Source: a virus
DNA: 64,000 bases
Virus record (IMG/VR): IMGVR_UViG_3300023174_000104
Span: 32,689 to 96,688 of that record
Direction: 5' to 3' (one strand)
Position 1 is the stretch's first letter. Every line of letters starts with the position of its first letter. Below, piece after piece: positions 50,053 through 58,961 of this stretch. Below the pieces are notes generated by a model, which saw nothing but the letters and a program-made list of their open reading frames with translations, was not told the DNA's origin and searched no databases. A program made the translations under genes and the position numbers.

Positions 50053-50682
50053 TTATTTTAAAATGATTCTATCACTATATATGAATCTATCATTAAACAT
50101 AGAAGCACAAATATGTTTATATTCCTCATAATTTGAAATTATGTCTTTATACTCAATATTGGATGCTTGTATCCCCTGCAGGCTTACATTAAAGTAATCA
50201 AGTAAATTTTCATACCAATAGTATTGATAAGGTATATTATTCTGCTCTAAATAGATTTGTATTTTGCAAAAGTTAGATATATCATTTATGATAGATTCTA
50301 CAGTTGACATACTAAGTTCATATTGTAATTTTTTTATTTTATCAAATGCGTTGTTATTTCTATTATGCCATATCCCACTGCTTATACTAACTTGTAAACT
50401 ACAGCATTGGTCTAAATAGTTTTTACGATTGATTAAATAGATTTTATCAAATGATTCAAGCCTAAGTTTTGAAATATCTTCTTCTAATTTAATATTGTGA
50501 CCTAATATTTTCAAAATAAATTGCTCACTTCTATGAATTAAATTAGTATTAAATTCTATAGAATTTGTACTATTGTATGTATAAAATTCATATAAGCATT
50601 TTAATTTAGGATATTGCCTACGTATAATTTCAACTAATAGAGTTGATCTGGTTCTAGCAGATCCTATCACAAGAATTTTCAT
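50053..50682 (-). CDS. Sulfotransferase-like (Stf0/P-loop) protein
   Basis: KILVIGSARTRSTLL PAPS-loop-like motif; LINRKNYLDQCCSL; YWYENL. Confidence 0.7.
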   Translation of the reverse strand: MKILVIGSARTRSTLLVEIIRRQYPKLKCLYEFYTYNSTNSIEFNTNLIHRSEQFILKILGHNIKLEEDISKLRLESFDKIYLINRKNYLDQCCSLQVSISSGIWHNRNNNAFDKIKKLQYELSMSTVESIINDISNFCKIQIYLEQNNIPYQYYWYENLLDYFNVSLQGIQASNIEYKDIISNYEEYKHICASMFNDRFIYSDRIILK

Positions 50683-50957
50683 ATTGATCCAAGTCTACTT
50701 AAAATGTTCATTGCTCTGGTTCTTAATCTTTCAGTAAATTCTGATTCAGTTAATACACCTTTAGCAAGATTACATTTTCTACAAGTTACTTGAAGATTGT
50801 TGTATGTAGTTTGTCCGCCCTTACTTTCAGGAATAACATGATCCATGTGTATTTCTTTATCGGACAAGTCTTCATCACAATATACACAATGCAAACCATC
50901 TCTATCCATAACTCTACGGCGTAGGTTAAGAGGAATGTGTTGTTTCTTTTGTAACAT
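50679..50957 (-). CDS. Small HNH endonuclease
   Basis: RDGLHCVYC...MDHVIPESKGGQTTYNNLQVTCRKCNLAKG. Confidence 0.9.
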   Translation of the reverse strand: MLQKKQHIPLNLRRRVMDRDGLHCVYCDEDLSDKEIHMDHVIPESKGGQTTYNNLQVTCRKCNLAKGVLTESEFTERLRTRAMNILSRLGSI

Positions 50958-51029
50958 AAGTTTATTTAGTTACCCAAATATAGTAGACAGATAAATAGTT
51001 TTCTGTTAAACTATAGTTTGTTCTTTAAA

Positions 51030-51114
51030 GCGGACGTGGCGTAATTGGCAGCCGCACCAGATTTAGGTTCTGGCGTCGTAAGATGTGTGAGTTCGAGTCT
51101 CACCGTCCGCACCA
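51030..51114 (+). tRNA. tRNA-Leu(TAG)
   Basis: CCAGA-TTTAGGT-TCTGG, variable arm, CCA. Confidence 0.92.
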
Positions 51115-51119
51115 AATTG

Positions 51120-51193
51120 GGGGGATTGATGTAATGGGAGCCTGGGACCTTTGCAAGGTCTTCGTAACAGTTCGATTCTGTTATCCTCCACCA
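51120..51193 (+). tRNA. tRNA-Ala(TGC)
   Basis: GGACC-TTTGCAA-GGTCT; G3:U70; CCA. Confidence 0.88.
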
Positions 51194-51195
51194 AG

Positions 51196-51406
51196 AAACC
51201 CGTTTACACTTTTACGTTATAAAGTGGGTGGGGCAGTCACCAAAGAAAGTGCTAGGTATGTAGTGCATTGACCATCCGTACTCTGTGGTGGAGTGGCGGG
51301 AACGCATTAGGTGAGGAACGCTAACCTTTTCCAAAAGTAAAAATACGTAGACAGAGTAGTTCCACTCAGTTTAGGGCTCATGTGGTGTGAGTAGCTAGAC
51401 ACTAAT
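51196..51406 (+). ncRNA. Unidentified ncRNA (3' domain shared with 44387-44730)
   Basis: TACTCTGT/ACAGAGTA long-range pairing; shared 3' motif. Confidence 0.55.
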
Positions 51407-51409
51407 TAC

Positions 51410-51484
51410 CGCGGGGTGGAGAAGTAGTAACTCATCAGGCTCATAACCTGAAGATCGGCGGTGCGAATCCGTCCCCCGCATCCA
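51410..51484 (+). tRNA. Initiator tRNA-fMet(CAT)
   Basis: CGCGGGG start with C1:A72 mismatch; TCAGG-CTCATAA-CCTGA; CCA. Confidence 0.88.
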
Positions 51485-51498
51485 AATAGGAATATTAT

Positions 51499-51648
51499 AT
51501 GCCAATGTATGAAACAACAGTTCGCACACCAGAAGGTGATAAGAAAGATAAAGTCTATGCACCTAATGTACAAGAAGCTAAAAAGCTTTTTGAACAACGC
51601 CATGGTCCTAGAAATGTTCCATACATACCGCATGTAATACCAAGTTAA
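51499..51648 (+). CDS. Small hypothetical protein
   Basis: RBS AGGA; MPMYETTVRTPEGDKKDKVYAPNVQEAKKLFEQRHG... Confidence 0.55.
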   Translation: MPMYETTVRTPEGDKKDKVYAPNVQEAKKLFEQRHGPRNVPYIPHVIPS

Positions 51649-51654
51649 TTTTAC

Positions 51655-51731
51655 CTCGGTGTAGTATAGCCTGGTTAGTACTCGTGGTTTGGGACCATGA
51701 AACGGGAGTTCGAATCTCTCCACCGAGACCA
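51655..51731 (+). tRNA. tRNA-Pro(TGG)
   Basis: CGTGG-TTTGGGA-CCATG; CCA. Confidence 0.92.
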
Positions 51732-51752
51732 AGTTTTTAAAAAGGAAATAGT

Positions 51753-51917
51753 ATGACATGTAGAGGATATGATGCGAAAGCAGTGAAAGTTTCAAAGACA
51801 GTTAAACGTGCCGCGGCATTGATTAGTGATGCACATAAACGTGGAAGTTTTATTCGTAGTTATGTTGAGATTGAAAGAAGCAATTCTCGTACCGCATCTC
51901 GTAAGGATAGCAAATAA
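51753..51917 (+). CDS. Small basic hypothetical protein
   Basis: RBS AAGGA; MTCRGYDAKAVKVSKTVKRAAALISDAHKRGSFIRSY... Confidence 0.55.
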   Translation: MTCRGYDAKAVKVSKTVKRAAALISDAHKRGSFIRSYVEIERSNSRTASRKDSK

Positions 51918-51944
51918 CTAGTATAGAGATTAATTTCATATAAT

Positions 51945-52643
51945 ATGAAATACTTATTGGGTCCTTCTAATCTACAAACTGAGTTTGAATTTGAAATTTT
52001 TAAAAAATTTGGAAAATTGACTATTGTTGATAATATCATTTTTCCTAAAATTGATAAAATAGGATTATTCCTGTCAGGTGGATTAGATTCAGCGGCATTA
52101 TTATGTTTAATTCTTACCGAGTTAAAAAACATCAATAAGTTAAATGAACTCCCCGTAGTATGCTTTACTGTTGCTAAAGAAAATATACCAACACATTATG
52201 CTACGGATGTTTTAAACTATGCCCAAAATAAGTTTAATGTTAGTCTCACTCATATAAACGACATACCTAATACTCCTCAAGCTGATAAGATAGGGATATT
52301 GGGTAGTACTACAATGAAGTTTGCACGTGAGTATTCTTCAAACATGATAATATATCTAGGTCAAAATAAAATGGCTCCTAGTGATATTAGACCATTCAGT
52401 CAACAATTAAATGTTGATTATGGAAATAAAAAAACTGTTAATAAGATTACATCACCTTTCTTATTTCTGCATAAACCACAGATAGTTGATTTAATATATC
52501 AATTGGGATGTGAAGAAGTAATACCTTTAACAAAATCATGTTCAGCACAACCAATTGAAAATTGCGGAATATGTTATGCATGTGCTGAAAGAAAATGGGG
52601 TTTTGATGCATTAGGAAAAATTGATACTGGAATTGTTAGTTAA
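51945..52643 (+). CDS. QueC-like PP-loop ATPase
   Basis: LSGGLDSA; PFLFLHK; TKSC..CGICYACAER. Confidence 0.75.
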   Translation: MKYLLGPSNLQTEFEFEIFKKFGKLTIVDNIIFPKIDKIGLFLSGGLDSAALLCLILTELKNINKLNELPVVCFTVAKENIPTHYATDVLNYAQNKFNVSLTHINDIPNTPQADKIGILGSTTMKFAREYSSNMIIYLGQNKMAPSDIRPFSQQLNVDYGNKKTVNKITSPFLFLHKPQIVDLIYQLGCEEVIPLTKSCSAQPIENCGICYACAERKWGFDALGKIDTGIVS

Positions 52644-53079
52644 CAACATGTTTGCAATATGCATTTGTTCCAGTTTCACTTTTTTCCCAATCTGATGCTA
52701 ATTCAAATCCAGCAGAGTTATAAGTTTTCCAACTAGTATTTTTTGGGTAACTCCAAATATAATTTGCACCCTCACTTATTCCCTGTTGAATTGTTGCAAT
52801 CAGTATTTGTTTACCTATTTGATTACCACGATATTCTGGAAATACCCATAATCCTCTAGAGCGATATGAATTGTCTTGGCACATATGACCACTGTTTACA
52901 CCTATTATATTGTTATCTATTCTATACGCAAAAAAGGTAGAAATAGAATCCATATTTTGTAAACTGTATCCCCCTTTGAAATTCATTGCACTATTACTGT
53001 CAATGCTACTAGTTCTATTGGGCCACAAGAAGTTGCGCCAAATAGGTAGTATTTCTTCAAAGGATATATGTGTAATCAT
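52636..53079 (-). CDS. GNAT family acetyltransferase
   Basis: RGLWVFPEYRGNQIGK motif A; YNSAGF. Confidence 0.85.
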   Translation of the reverse strand: MITHISFEEILPIWRNFLWPNRTSSIDSNSAMNFKGGYSLQNMDSISTFFAYRIDNNIIGVNSGHMCQDNSYRSRGLWVFPEYRGNQIGKQILIATIQQGISEGANYIWSYPKNTSWKTYNSAGFELASDWEKSETGTNAYCKHVVN

Positions 53080-53197
53080 AACTTTGTTATTTATGAAACC
53101 CGACGTGTATAAATAAAATATAATACAGTCACCCAAATTAACTTGTGTAAAAATACATTATTTGATATAATAATTAAATTGAAAAAAGGAAATATAA

Positions 53198-53377
53198 ATG
53201 AGCAAAGGTAGCTTACCAAGACCTTATAGCGTTGATTTAAAAACGTTTAATAACAATTGGGATAATATTTTTCGTAAACCAGATCCAAAAACTATTGAGG
53301 ATCAACAAATAGAAGATGAGGCGTTTGATAGTATTGCTAATCAAACAGAAGTTAAAGATAGTAACCAGGGTGGTTAA
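53198..53377 (+). CDS. Small hypothetical protein
   Basis: RBS AAGGA; MSKGSLPRPYSVDLKTFNNNWDNIFRK... Confidence 0.6.
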   Translation: MSKGSLPRPYSVDLKTFNNNWDNIFRKPDPKTIEDQQIEDEAFDSIANQTEVKDSNQGG

Positions 53378-53387
53378 ATAGAATTAT

Positions 53388-53462
53388 GCATCGTTAACTC
53401 AGTGGTAGAGTAGCGCCTTTACACGGCGAATGTCGGGAGTTCGACCCTCTCACGATGCACCA
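53388..53462 (+). tRNA. tRNA-Val(TAC)
   Basis: CGCC-TTTACAC-GGCG; CCA. Confidence 0.92.
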
Positions 53463-53476
53463 AACAAAGGAAAAAT

Positions 53477-53698
53477 ATGTCACAAAGCAGAGCAAGATAT
53501 ACAAGTGAAGATGCCGTCAATATGGTCGGTAATCGTTTTGATTTAGTTCTTATAGCCTCACAGCGTGTAAGAGAATTAAAGCGAGGACATCGTTCACTAC
53601 TTACTACTAAATCAGGACCAATGGTTACTGCTTTAGAAGAAATTGAAAAGGGATTAGTAGGACGAGAATATCTTAAACGTATTAGAAAGAATTTGTAA
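53477..53698 (+). CDS. rpoZ: RNA polymerase omega subunit
   Basis: [29 protein letters not shown]...[10 protein letters not shown]. Confidence 0.9.
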   Translation: MSQSRARYTSEDAVNMVGNRFDLVLIASQRVRELKRGHRSLLTTKSGPMVTALEEIEKGLVGREYLKRIRKNL

Positions 53699-53703
53699 AC
53701 AAT

Positions 53704-53780
53704 ATCTCCGTAGCTCAATTAGGCAGAGCAGTGAGCTCCAAACTCAAAGGTTGGCCGTTCAATTCGGTCCGGGGATGCCA
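53704..53780 (+). tRNA. tRNA-Trp(CCA)
   Basis: TGAG-CTCCAAA-CTCA; G73; CCA. Confidence 0.88.
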
Positions 53781-53864
53781 AGTAAAGGTGTAAGAAAACT
53801 TACACCTTTAACCATTTGACAATTAATCCGTTTTGTTGTATAATAACTCATTAAGGAACCAATC

Positions 53865-54062
53865 ATGTGGGAAGTAAAAGATAGTGATGGTAATGTCAGG
53901 GGCAAAAACAAAGACCTGACTATCGCAATGGAGATGGCAAAACTTGTTGATGAGTTTGTGACAATCACAGATGGCACAACAGAGATTGTAGGTCACTTCG
54001 GTGTTGATGAAGTGACTGATCCCAGTTATAATGGTTGGATATCTAGAGGAAAAGGAATATAA
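53865..54062 (+). CDS. Hypothetical protein
   Basis: RBS AAGGA, downstream of TTGACA promoter at 53816. Confidence 0.55.
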   Translation: MWEVKDSDGNVRGKNKDLTIAMEMAKLVDEFVTITDGTTEIVGHFGVDEVTDPSYNGWISRGKGI

Positions 54063-54063
54063 A

Positions 54064-54645
54064 ATGCCAGCAGTATTTTTAGTTAGTGATACCCACTTCG
54101 GACACACCGGAGTGTGTCACTTTACAAACAAAGATGGTTCAAAAATGCGACCATGGACTGATCCAGACGAGATGGATGAAGAAATGGTTAAGCGTTGGAA
54201 CGAAACTGTACGACCAAACGATAAAGTATATCACTTAGGTGATGTTGTCATTAACCGTAAAGCATTGAAAATCATGTCTAGGTTAAACGGTGACAAAGTG
54301 TTGATTCGCGGTAACCATGATATTTTTCGTGATGATGAGTATAGAGAATATTTCCGTGAATTACGTGCGTATCATGTAATGAATGGTATGATCTTAAGTC
54401 ATATACCTATTCATACTGAATCGTTAGGACGTTTCGGAACTAACATTCATGGCCACTTACATGCGAATAGAGTAATGATGGAACCAATCGGTAAATATGG
54501 TATCCCTGTTATTGATACTCGCTATCATTGCGTATGTGTTGAGCATACTGATTACAGACCTATATTGTTTGAGGATGTTATTAAACGCATTAACGCAGAA
54601 GGTGGTAGTGTAGGATTCAAAAACGGGAACGGACCTGTAATGTAA
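54064..54645 (+). CDS. Calcineurin-like metallophosphoesterase
   Basis: SDTHFGH, HLGD, RGNHD, SHIP, HGHLH. Confidence 0.92.
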   Translation: MPAVFLVSDTHFGHTGVCHFTNKDGSKMRPWTDPDEMDEEMVKRWNETVRPNDKVYHLGDVVINRKALKIMSRLNGDKVLIRGNHDIFRDDEYREYFRELRAYHVMNGMILSHIPIHTESLGRFGTNIHGHLHANRVMMEPIGKYGIPVIDTRYHCVCVEHTDYRPILFEDVIKRINAEGGSVGFKNGNGPVM

Positions 54646-54672
54646 AAATAGACCCTTCGGGGTCTATTTTTT
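54644..54672. terminator. Bidirectional intrinsic terminator
   Basis: AAAAATAGACCC-TTCG-GGGTCTATTTTT between convergent genes. Confidence 0.9.
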
Positions 54673-54678
54673 TGGCTA

Positions 54679-55902
54679 TCATCTGACTATTTGATTGTTA
54701 GAATAATCTTGCAGATACATACGACCTCTAGGTATTCTATTCTTTACGGCATATTTTTCTAGTTCTTGCATAGCTTGTTCTTGTGTTTTATTTACTGCTG
54801 TAGCGACTTGTCGTCCTGCATTATATATTCTCCAATCACTTATACGTGGACCTGCAGGCTCAGTAGGCTGAGTTGTTGCTTGAGTTGGTTCCGGTTGTAC
54901 TGGTTGATTTACAAATTCATCATCATCAGGTGGTAGATTTTTTCCTGGTGCACCGGGTGTTGATTTATAACTTTCAGGGAATTTTGCAATTATTTGTTTA
55001 ATTGATTCTCTAATATCATATCCATCGGGCGGACTAATTTCTTTACTACCTTGTTTTATTTCACTTGCCTTTTCAGCCATAGCTCTAACAATATTTTTCA
55101 TTAGCCCAGGAAATCTTTTAGAAAATTCAGTATCAGCGCCAGTTCTATTATATCTTTGATCCTGTGTACTGTTTACAAGTTGACTAGTTGGTGCATGTAA
55201 TTGCCATTTGCCGTTCTTGCTATCAATATTTTGTTTATCAACGATACTAATGATAGGACCATCGGGTGCATAGTTATTAAACCAATTCAATCCACTAGAA
55301 CCACCTGTACAGAAATTACTCATGTGTCCGGTTTGATTATTAAAGGTATAGCAAGCGCCATAGTTTAATGGCATAATAACATGAAATCTATCATTATCTA
55401 GTAATACAATTTCTTTTCTAGTGCGTTTATGTTTTTCTAAGGCTTCAGCATCTTTAATTCTTCTTAGAGTATCACGATATTCATCTCTCTCCATTGCTTG
55501 TTGTAATGCACGTAGACTAGTAAATTTATTAAAATCTTGGTCCGGTTTCTTTAATAAACCACGGGTATTTAATGCCTGCCACGCACCTAATGCGTCGCCA
55601 CCCTCACCATTTAAATCTTCATAATCTATAGCATGGTTTATATATAGTTTTAACAACCAATTATCAAACTTGCCACCTTTACTTAAATCACCATATTGGT
55701 TATTGGCTAGAGTTTGATTAACTAATTTACTCCAAGATTGAACATAATCAGCCACAGTAGGTCTTGGACCCATATCTGCTATTTCATTTTTTGGATATGT
55801 TCTATCATGTCTAATAGCAATAGCTAACATTTTTGCTAGCTTTGGGTCCTTCATTATATTGGTACCAATATCAGCTTCTGATAAAAAGTGTGTTGCTCTC
55901 AT
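54679..55902 (-). CDS. Hypothetical protein
   Basis: 407-aa ORF, coupled to the upstream gene. Confidence 0.6.
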   Translation of the reverse strand: MRATHFLSEADIGTNIMKDPKLAKMLAIAIRHDRTYPKNEIADMGPRPTVADYVQSWSKLVNQTLANNQYGDLSKGGKFDNWLLKLYINHAIDYEDLNGEGGDALGAWQALNTRGLLKKPDQDFNKFTSLRALQQAMERDEYRDTLRRIKDAEALEKHKRTRKEIVLLDNDRFHVIMPLNYGACYTFNNQTGHMSNFCTGGSSGLNWFNNYAPDGPIISIVDKQNIDSKNGKWQLHAPTSQLVNSTQDQRYNRTGADTEFSKRFPGLMKNIVRAMAEKASEIKQGSKEISPPDGYDIRESIKQIIAKFPESYKSTPGAPGKNLPPDDDEFVNQPVQPEPTQATTQPTEPAGPRISDWRIYNAGRQVATAVNKTQEQAMQELEKYAVKNRIPRGRMYLQDYSNNQIVR

Positions 55903-56792
55903 TATACTAAACTCCTTTTTAGATAAGCGAGAACAGCACTTAATTTCTCTCTATCACCATTGGATATATCTGCTAATACTCTAGTAACACCGTCATTCTT
56001 TTCTGCCATTAGATTACTATCACGATATCTATATCCGGTACTTACATTACCTGTCTGATCTGGATAGTAATATCTTGCTGTTAATACTAAACTATTGTTT
56101 ACTGCACTGACAAGTAAGTCAGACATTTGACCATTATCTAAACTTTGAATTGCTTGGTCAATTAATTTTACACGTTCAATTTTACTTTCTACTTTATGGT
56201 GAGCGTCATTTTTTGCCATATTAGCAATAACACCATTAATATCAGCTCTGGAAGCAACTAGTATTTTTCTAAAAAGTGGTTTAAATCGTTGAGTTAATTT
56301 AGTAGTAGTAGCAAAGTTGCTTGTGTCTGGTTTTTCGCTAGCACGACTAGTACGTAATTGACTAGAGTATTCACTATCCACAGTATAAAATTTTCTAGCA
56401 TCACCAATAATATTTTTCAAAAAACTATTAGCATTAGCAACATTATACTCAGTAGTAGAGTATACCATATTACCTTCTTGTGGATCAGGTTTACCATTAC
56501 TAGCAACTATCTGATATTGACCACTACTTTTTCTATAACCCGATTGCACAAACTTTACTGCCCCAAACCCTTTATTGCCTGCTATTAGCAACCATGTTCC
56601 CGGTTTATCTTTAAGATCAGTCCATTTAGGTCTAGCTACAGTATCAATTTCAACATCATGTCCTAATGCTTCTTTAGAATGTAATTGTTTTAATATTTCC
56701 TGTGCTCCCGGCCCAGTAAATTGAGCCATTGTAGTACTGGCTTCTGAAACCATGCTTTCGCATAATTGTGAAAAATACTTATAATTATCCAT
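55902..56792 (-). CDS. Hypothetical protein
   Basis: 296-aa ORF starting 5 nt after TAAATA. Confidence 0.6.
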   Translation of the reverse strand: MDNYKYFSQLCESMVSEASTTMAQFTGPGAQEILKQLHSKEALGHDVEIDTVARPKWTDLKDKPGTWLLIAGNKGFGAVKFVQSGYRKSSGQYQIVASNGKPDPQEGNMVYSTTEYNVANANSFLKNIIGDARKFYTVDSEYSSQLRTSRASEKPDTSNFATTTKLTQRFKPLFRKILVASRADINGVIANMAKNDAHHKVESKIERVKLIDQAIQSLDNGQMSDLLVSAVNNSLVLTARYYYPDQTGNVSTGYRYRDSNLMAEKNDGVTRVLADISNGDREKLSAVLAYLKRSLV

Positions 56793-56814
56793 ATATGTAT
56801 TTATTCTTTATTAT

Positions 56815-57399
56815 TTATTTGGTTCCAATAATCATATAGCGTTTATATCCGTATGATTCATATTGTATGTTTTTGACGCCAGAATATAACAAATTACTCA
56901 TTTTAAACCGTTCAACTAATTCATCTAAACTATCGGTTGTTTGTTTAATAAACCATGGAAAAGCTGGATCTTTCATATTAGTAGTTTGAATACATACTAA
57001 ACTACCTTTTGGAACTGAATTATACCAATTATTACTATCCATTTGGTCTATACTACAGTTAATGAAAATACTATTAGTATGTATGCTGTAATCATACTCA
57101 TTTACATCTTGTACATAATTATATACTTTAGGAGATTCATATTTCCACATATCACATATTTTATCAGCATTTCTTATTGCTTCTGGATTTATATCATAAC
57201 CATATACAACGCTATAGAATGTAGGTTTACGTGTAAGTAACATGAATGACAATAAATTATCCCAACATCCTAATATATGTAATGCTGGGTTATGTAAAGA
57301 TTCACGGTATATAGCTGTTTCTAGTTCCTCACATAACCATAATTTACTTTTAACTAATCCATGGTAAAAAGATTCATGTGTATCAAATGTATTTTCCAT
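56815..57399 (-). CDS. SAM-dependent methyltransferase-like protein
   Basis: SKLWLCEEL; HILGCWDNLL (motif I-like); GYDIN; INCSIDQM. Confidence 0.55.
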   Translation of the reverse strand: MENTFDTHESFYHGLVKSKLWLCEELETAIYRESLHNPALHILGCWDNLLSFMLLTRKPTFYSVVYGYDINPEAIRNADKICDMWKYESPKVYNYVQDVNEYDYSIHTNSIFINCSIDQMDSNNWYNSVPKGSLVCIQTTNMKDPAFPWFIKQTTDSLDELVERFKMSNLLYSGVKNIQYESYGYKRYMIIGTK

Positions 57400-57488
57400 A
57401 TTAATATTTAGTGACTTATAAAATGTCGCTAAATAATAGCATATTTTAAATTTGTGCTAAATACGATTAACACTACGCCGAGGTTAAA

Positions 57489-57986
57489 ATGTTACACTTT
57501 ATTAAAGACATCACACACAAACTTTTAGAATTTATTAAAGACGATCCAGTAAGACCTGAAATTTCTACTGATTTCAGAGTTAGTAATGGACGATTAGTTG
57601 CCGCATTAACAGACGAATCCCAAGATAATCCAGACGCAATGGTATGTGTTAGTTTCCATGATTTTATTCCAGAAAATGTAAAAGATTTAGATAATACAAC
57701 TCAAGTACCGACCACAGCCGTATTTTATACAATATGGAGTTATAAAGCTGGTAAAGGTGCTGAATTATTATATCAAGCAGTTAAGGGTATTCAAGAACAA
57801 TATCCTAGTGTTACTAGATTTGTAACATTAAGTCCTAAAACTAATATGGCAAGAAGATTTCATTTACGTAATGGTGCTATTGTTTTTAGAGAGAATATAG
57901 AAACTATTAATTATGAATATACACTAGCATTAAATACAGATAACTCGGAGAATAATGATGAGCAAAGAGAATCTATTAATAGTTAA
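57489..57986 (+). CDS. Conserved phage protein (GNAT-like possible)
   Basis: DDPVRP...AVFYTIWSYKAGKG...FVTLSPKTNMARRFHLRNGA. Confidence 0.55.
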   Translation: MLHFIKDITHKLLEFIKDDPVRPEISTDFRVSNGRLVAALTDESQDNPDAMVCVSFHDFIPENVKDLDNTTQVPTTAVFYTIWSYKAGKGAELLYQAVKGIQEQYPSVTRFVTLSPKTNMARRFHLRNGAIVFRENIETINYEYTLALNTDNSENNDEQRESINS

Positions 57987-58251
57987 AGAATTAGAAGATG
58001 AAGATCCCGAAATGTGGCAATATGAACATAGTGCTATTATTGCATCAGAATTTATTAATGATGTATTATTGGATCAATTAGATAAATTTGAACTTGATAA
58101 TGATGACGATGAATATATATATGGTGTCGCCAGTCATGGATTATTTGTTTCATTAATAGCACGTTTAGGAGAAATGGGTTATACTGAAAAAGAATTACGT
58201 AAAGAAATTAAAACGTGGCTTAATACTAGTGTCGGACAAGTAATACATTAG
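57955..58251 (+). CDS. Acidic hypothetical protein
   Basis: 98-aa ORF, RBS GGAG. Confidence 0.55.
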   Translation: MMSKENLLIVKELEDEDPEMWQYEHSAIIASEFINDVLLDQLDKFELDNDDDEYIYGVASHGLFVSLIARLGEMGYTEKELRKEIKTWLNTSVGQVIH

Positions 58252-58397
58252 TATTACATTTTTAAGAAACAAAAGTACTCATTTTTGCCCCTCAGGGGCT
58301 TCAAAATCGCTAGAATATTCAGGAATAGACTCTGATACACTTCTAGCGGTTTTTACCAATATTTGACAATAAATGGGTTTTACTGTACAATTCATCT

Positions 58398-58736
58398 ATG
58401 AACTCAAAAATCGCCCGTAAACGTAGAACAGACCGCAATCAAGTGATATACTATATCCGTGATACAGTAACACTTGAGTACTATATTGGTTTAACTGCAC
58501 TTTGCTTTAATGGCAATGTTCGTAAGACATTGACCCGTCGTATGCAAAAACATATGCAACGTGCCCTTGCAGAAAACAAAAACTGGGGTCTAAGCCGTGC
58601 ATTGCGTGAACGAGGTGCCGAACGTTTTGTGTTTGGTACCCTAGAAGTTGTGCGTGGTAAGCGTCCTGCTCATGCACGTGAGACAGAATTAATCAATACA
58701 ATGCAACCAGCATTGAACACATTTGGAGTAAAATGA
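58398..58736 (+). CDS. GIY-YIG-like nuclease
   Basis: VIYYI...YYIGLT...RRMQKH...ETELI...PALN. Confidence 0.6.
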   Translation: MNSKIARKRRTDRNQVIYYIRDTVTLEYYIGLTALCFNGNVRKTLTRRMQKHMQRALAENKNWGLSRALRERGAERFVFGTLEVVRGKRPAHARETELINTMQPALNTFGVK

Positions 58737-58960
58737 AATTAAACGACATATTGCAATGGATTGGTGCAATATTTATTATTATTGGACATGTATGTAACTC
58801 TATTGGTCCTAGTGTTTATCCCTATAATATTGTAGCATTCACATTAGGTACAATTATGTTTTTGACATGGACAATACGTGTAAAGAATAATCCGCAATTG
58901 GTAGTAAATGTGGTAGCAATAGTCACCTGTTTAATAGGTTTAGTTAATGCATGGAGATAA
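58733..58960 (+). CDS. Small membrane protein
   Basis: Three hydrophobic segments. Confidence 0.55.
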   Translation: MKLNDILQWIGAIFIIIGHVCNSIGPSVYPYNIVAFTLGTIMFLTWTIRVKNNPQLVVNVVAIVTCLIGLVNAWR

Positions 58961-58961
58961 T

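Noticed and set aside
51945-52643. 7-deazaguanine DNA modification pathway
   Set aside because: Only a divergent QueC-like gene is present; folE, queD, queE and dpdA are not in this window.
38900-53800. Stop-codon recoding or suppressor tRNA
   Set aside because: No CTA, TTA or TCA anticodon found; conserved genes (nrdA, nrdB, ahpC) are intact in the standard code.
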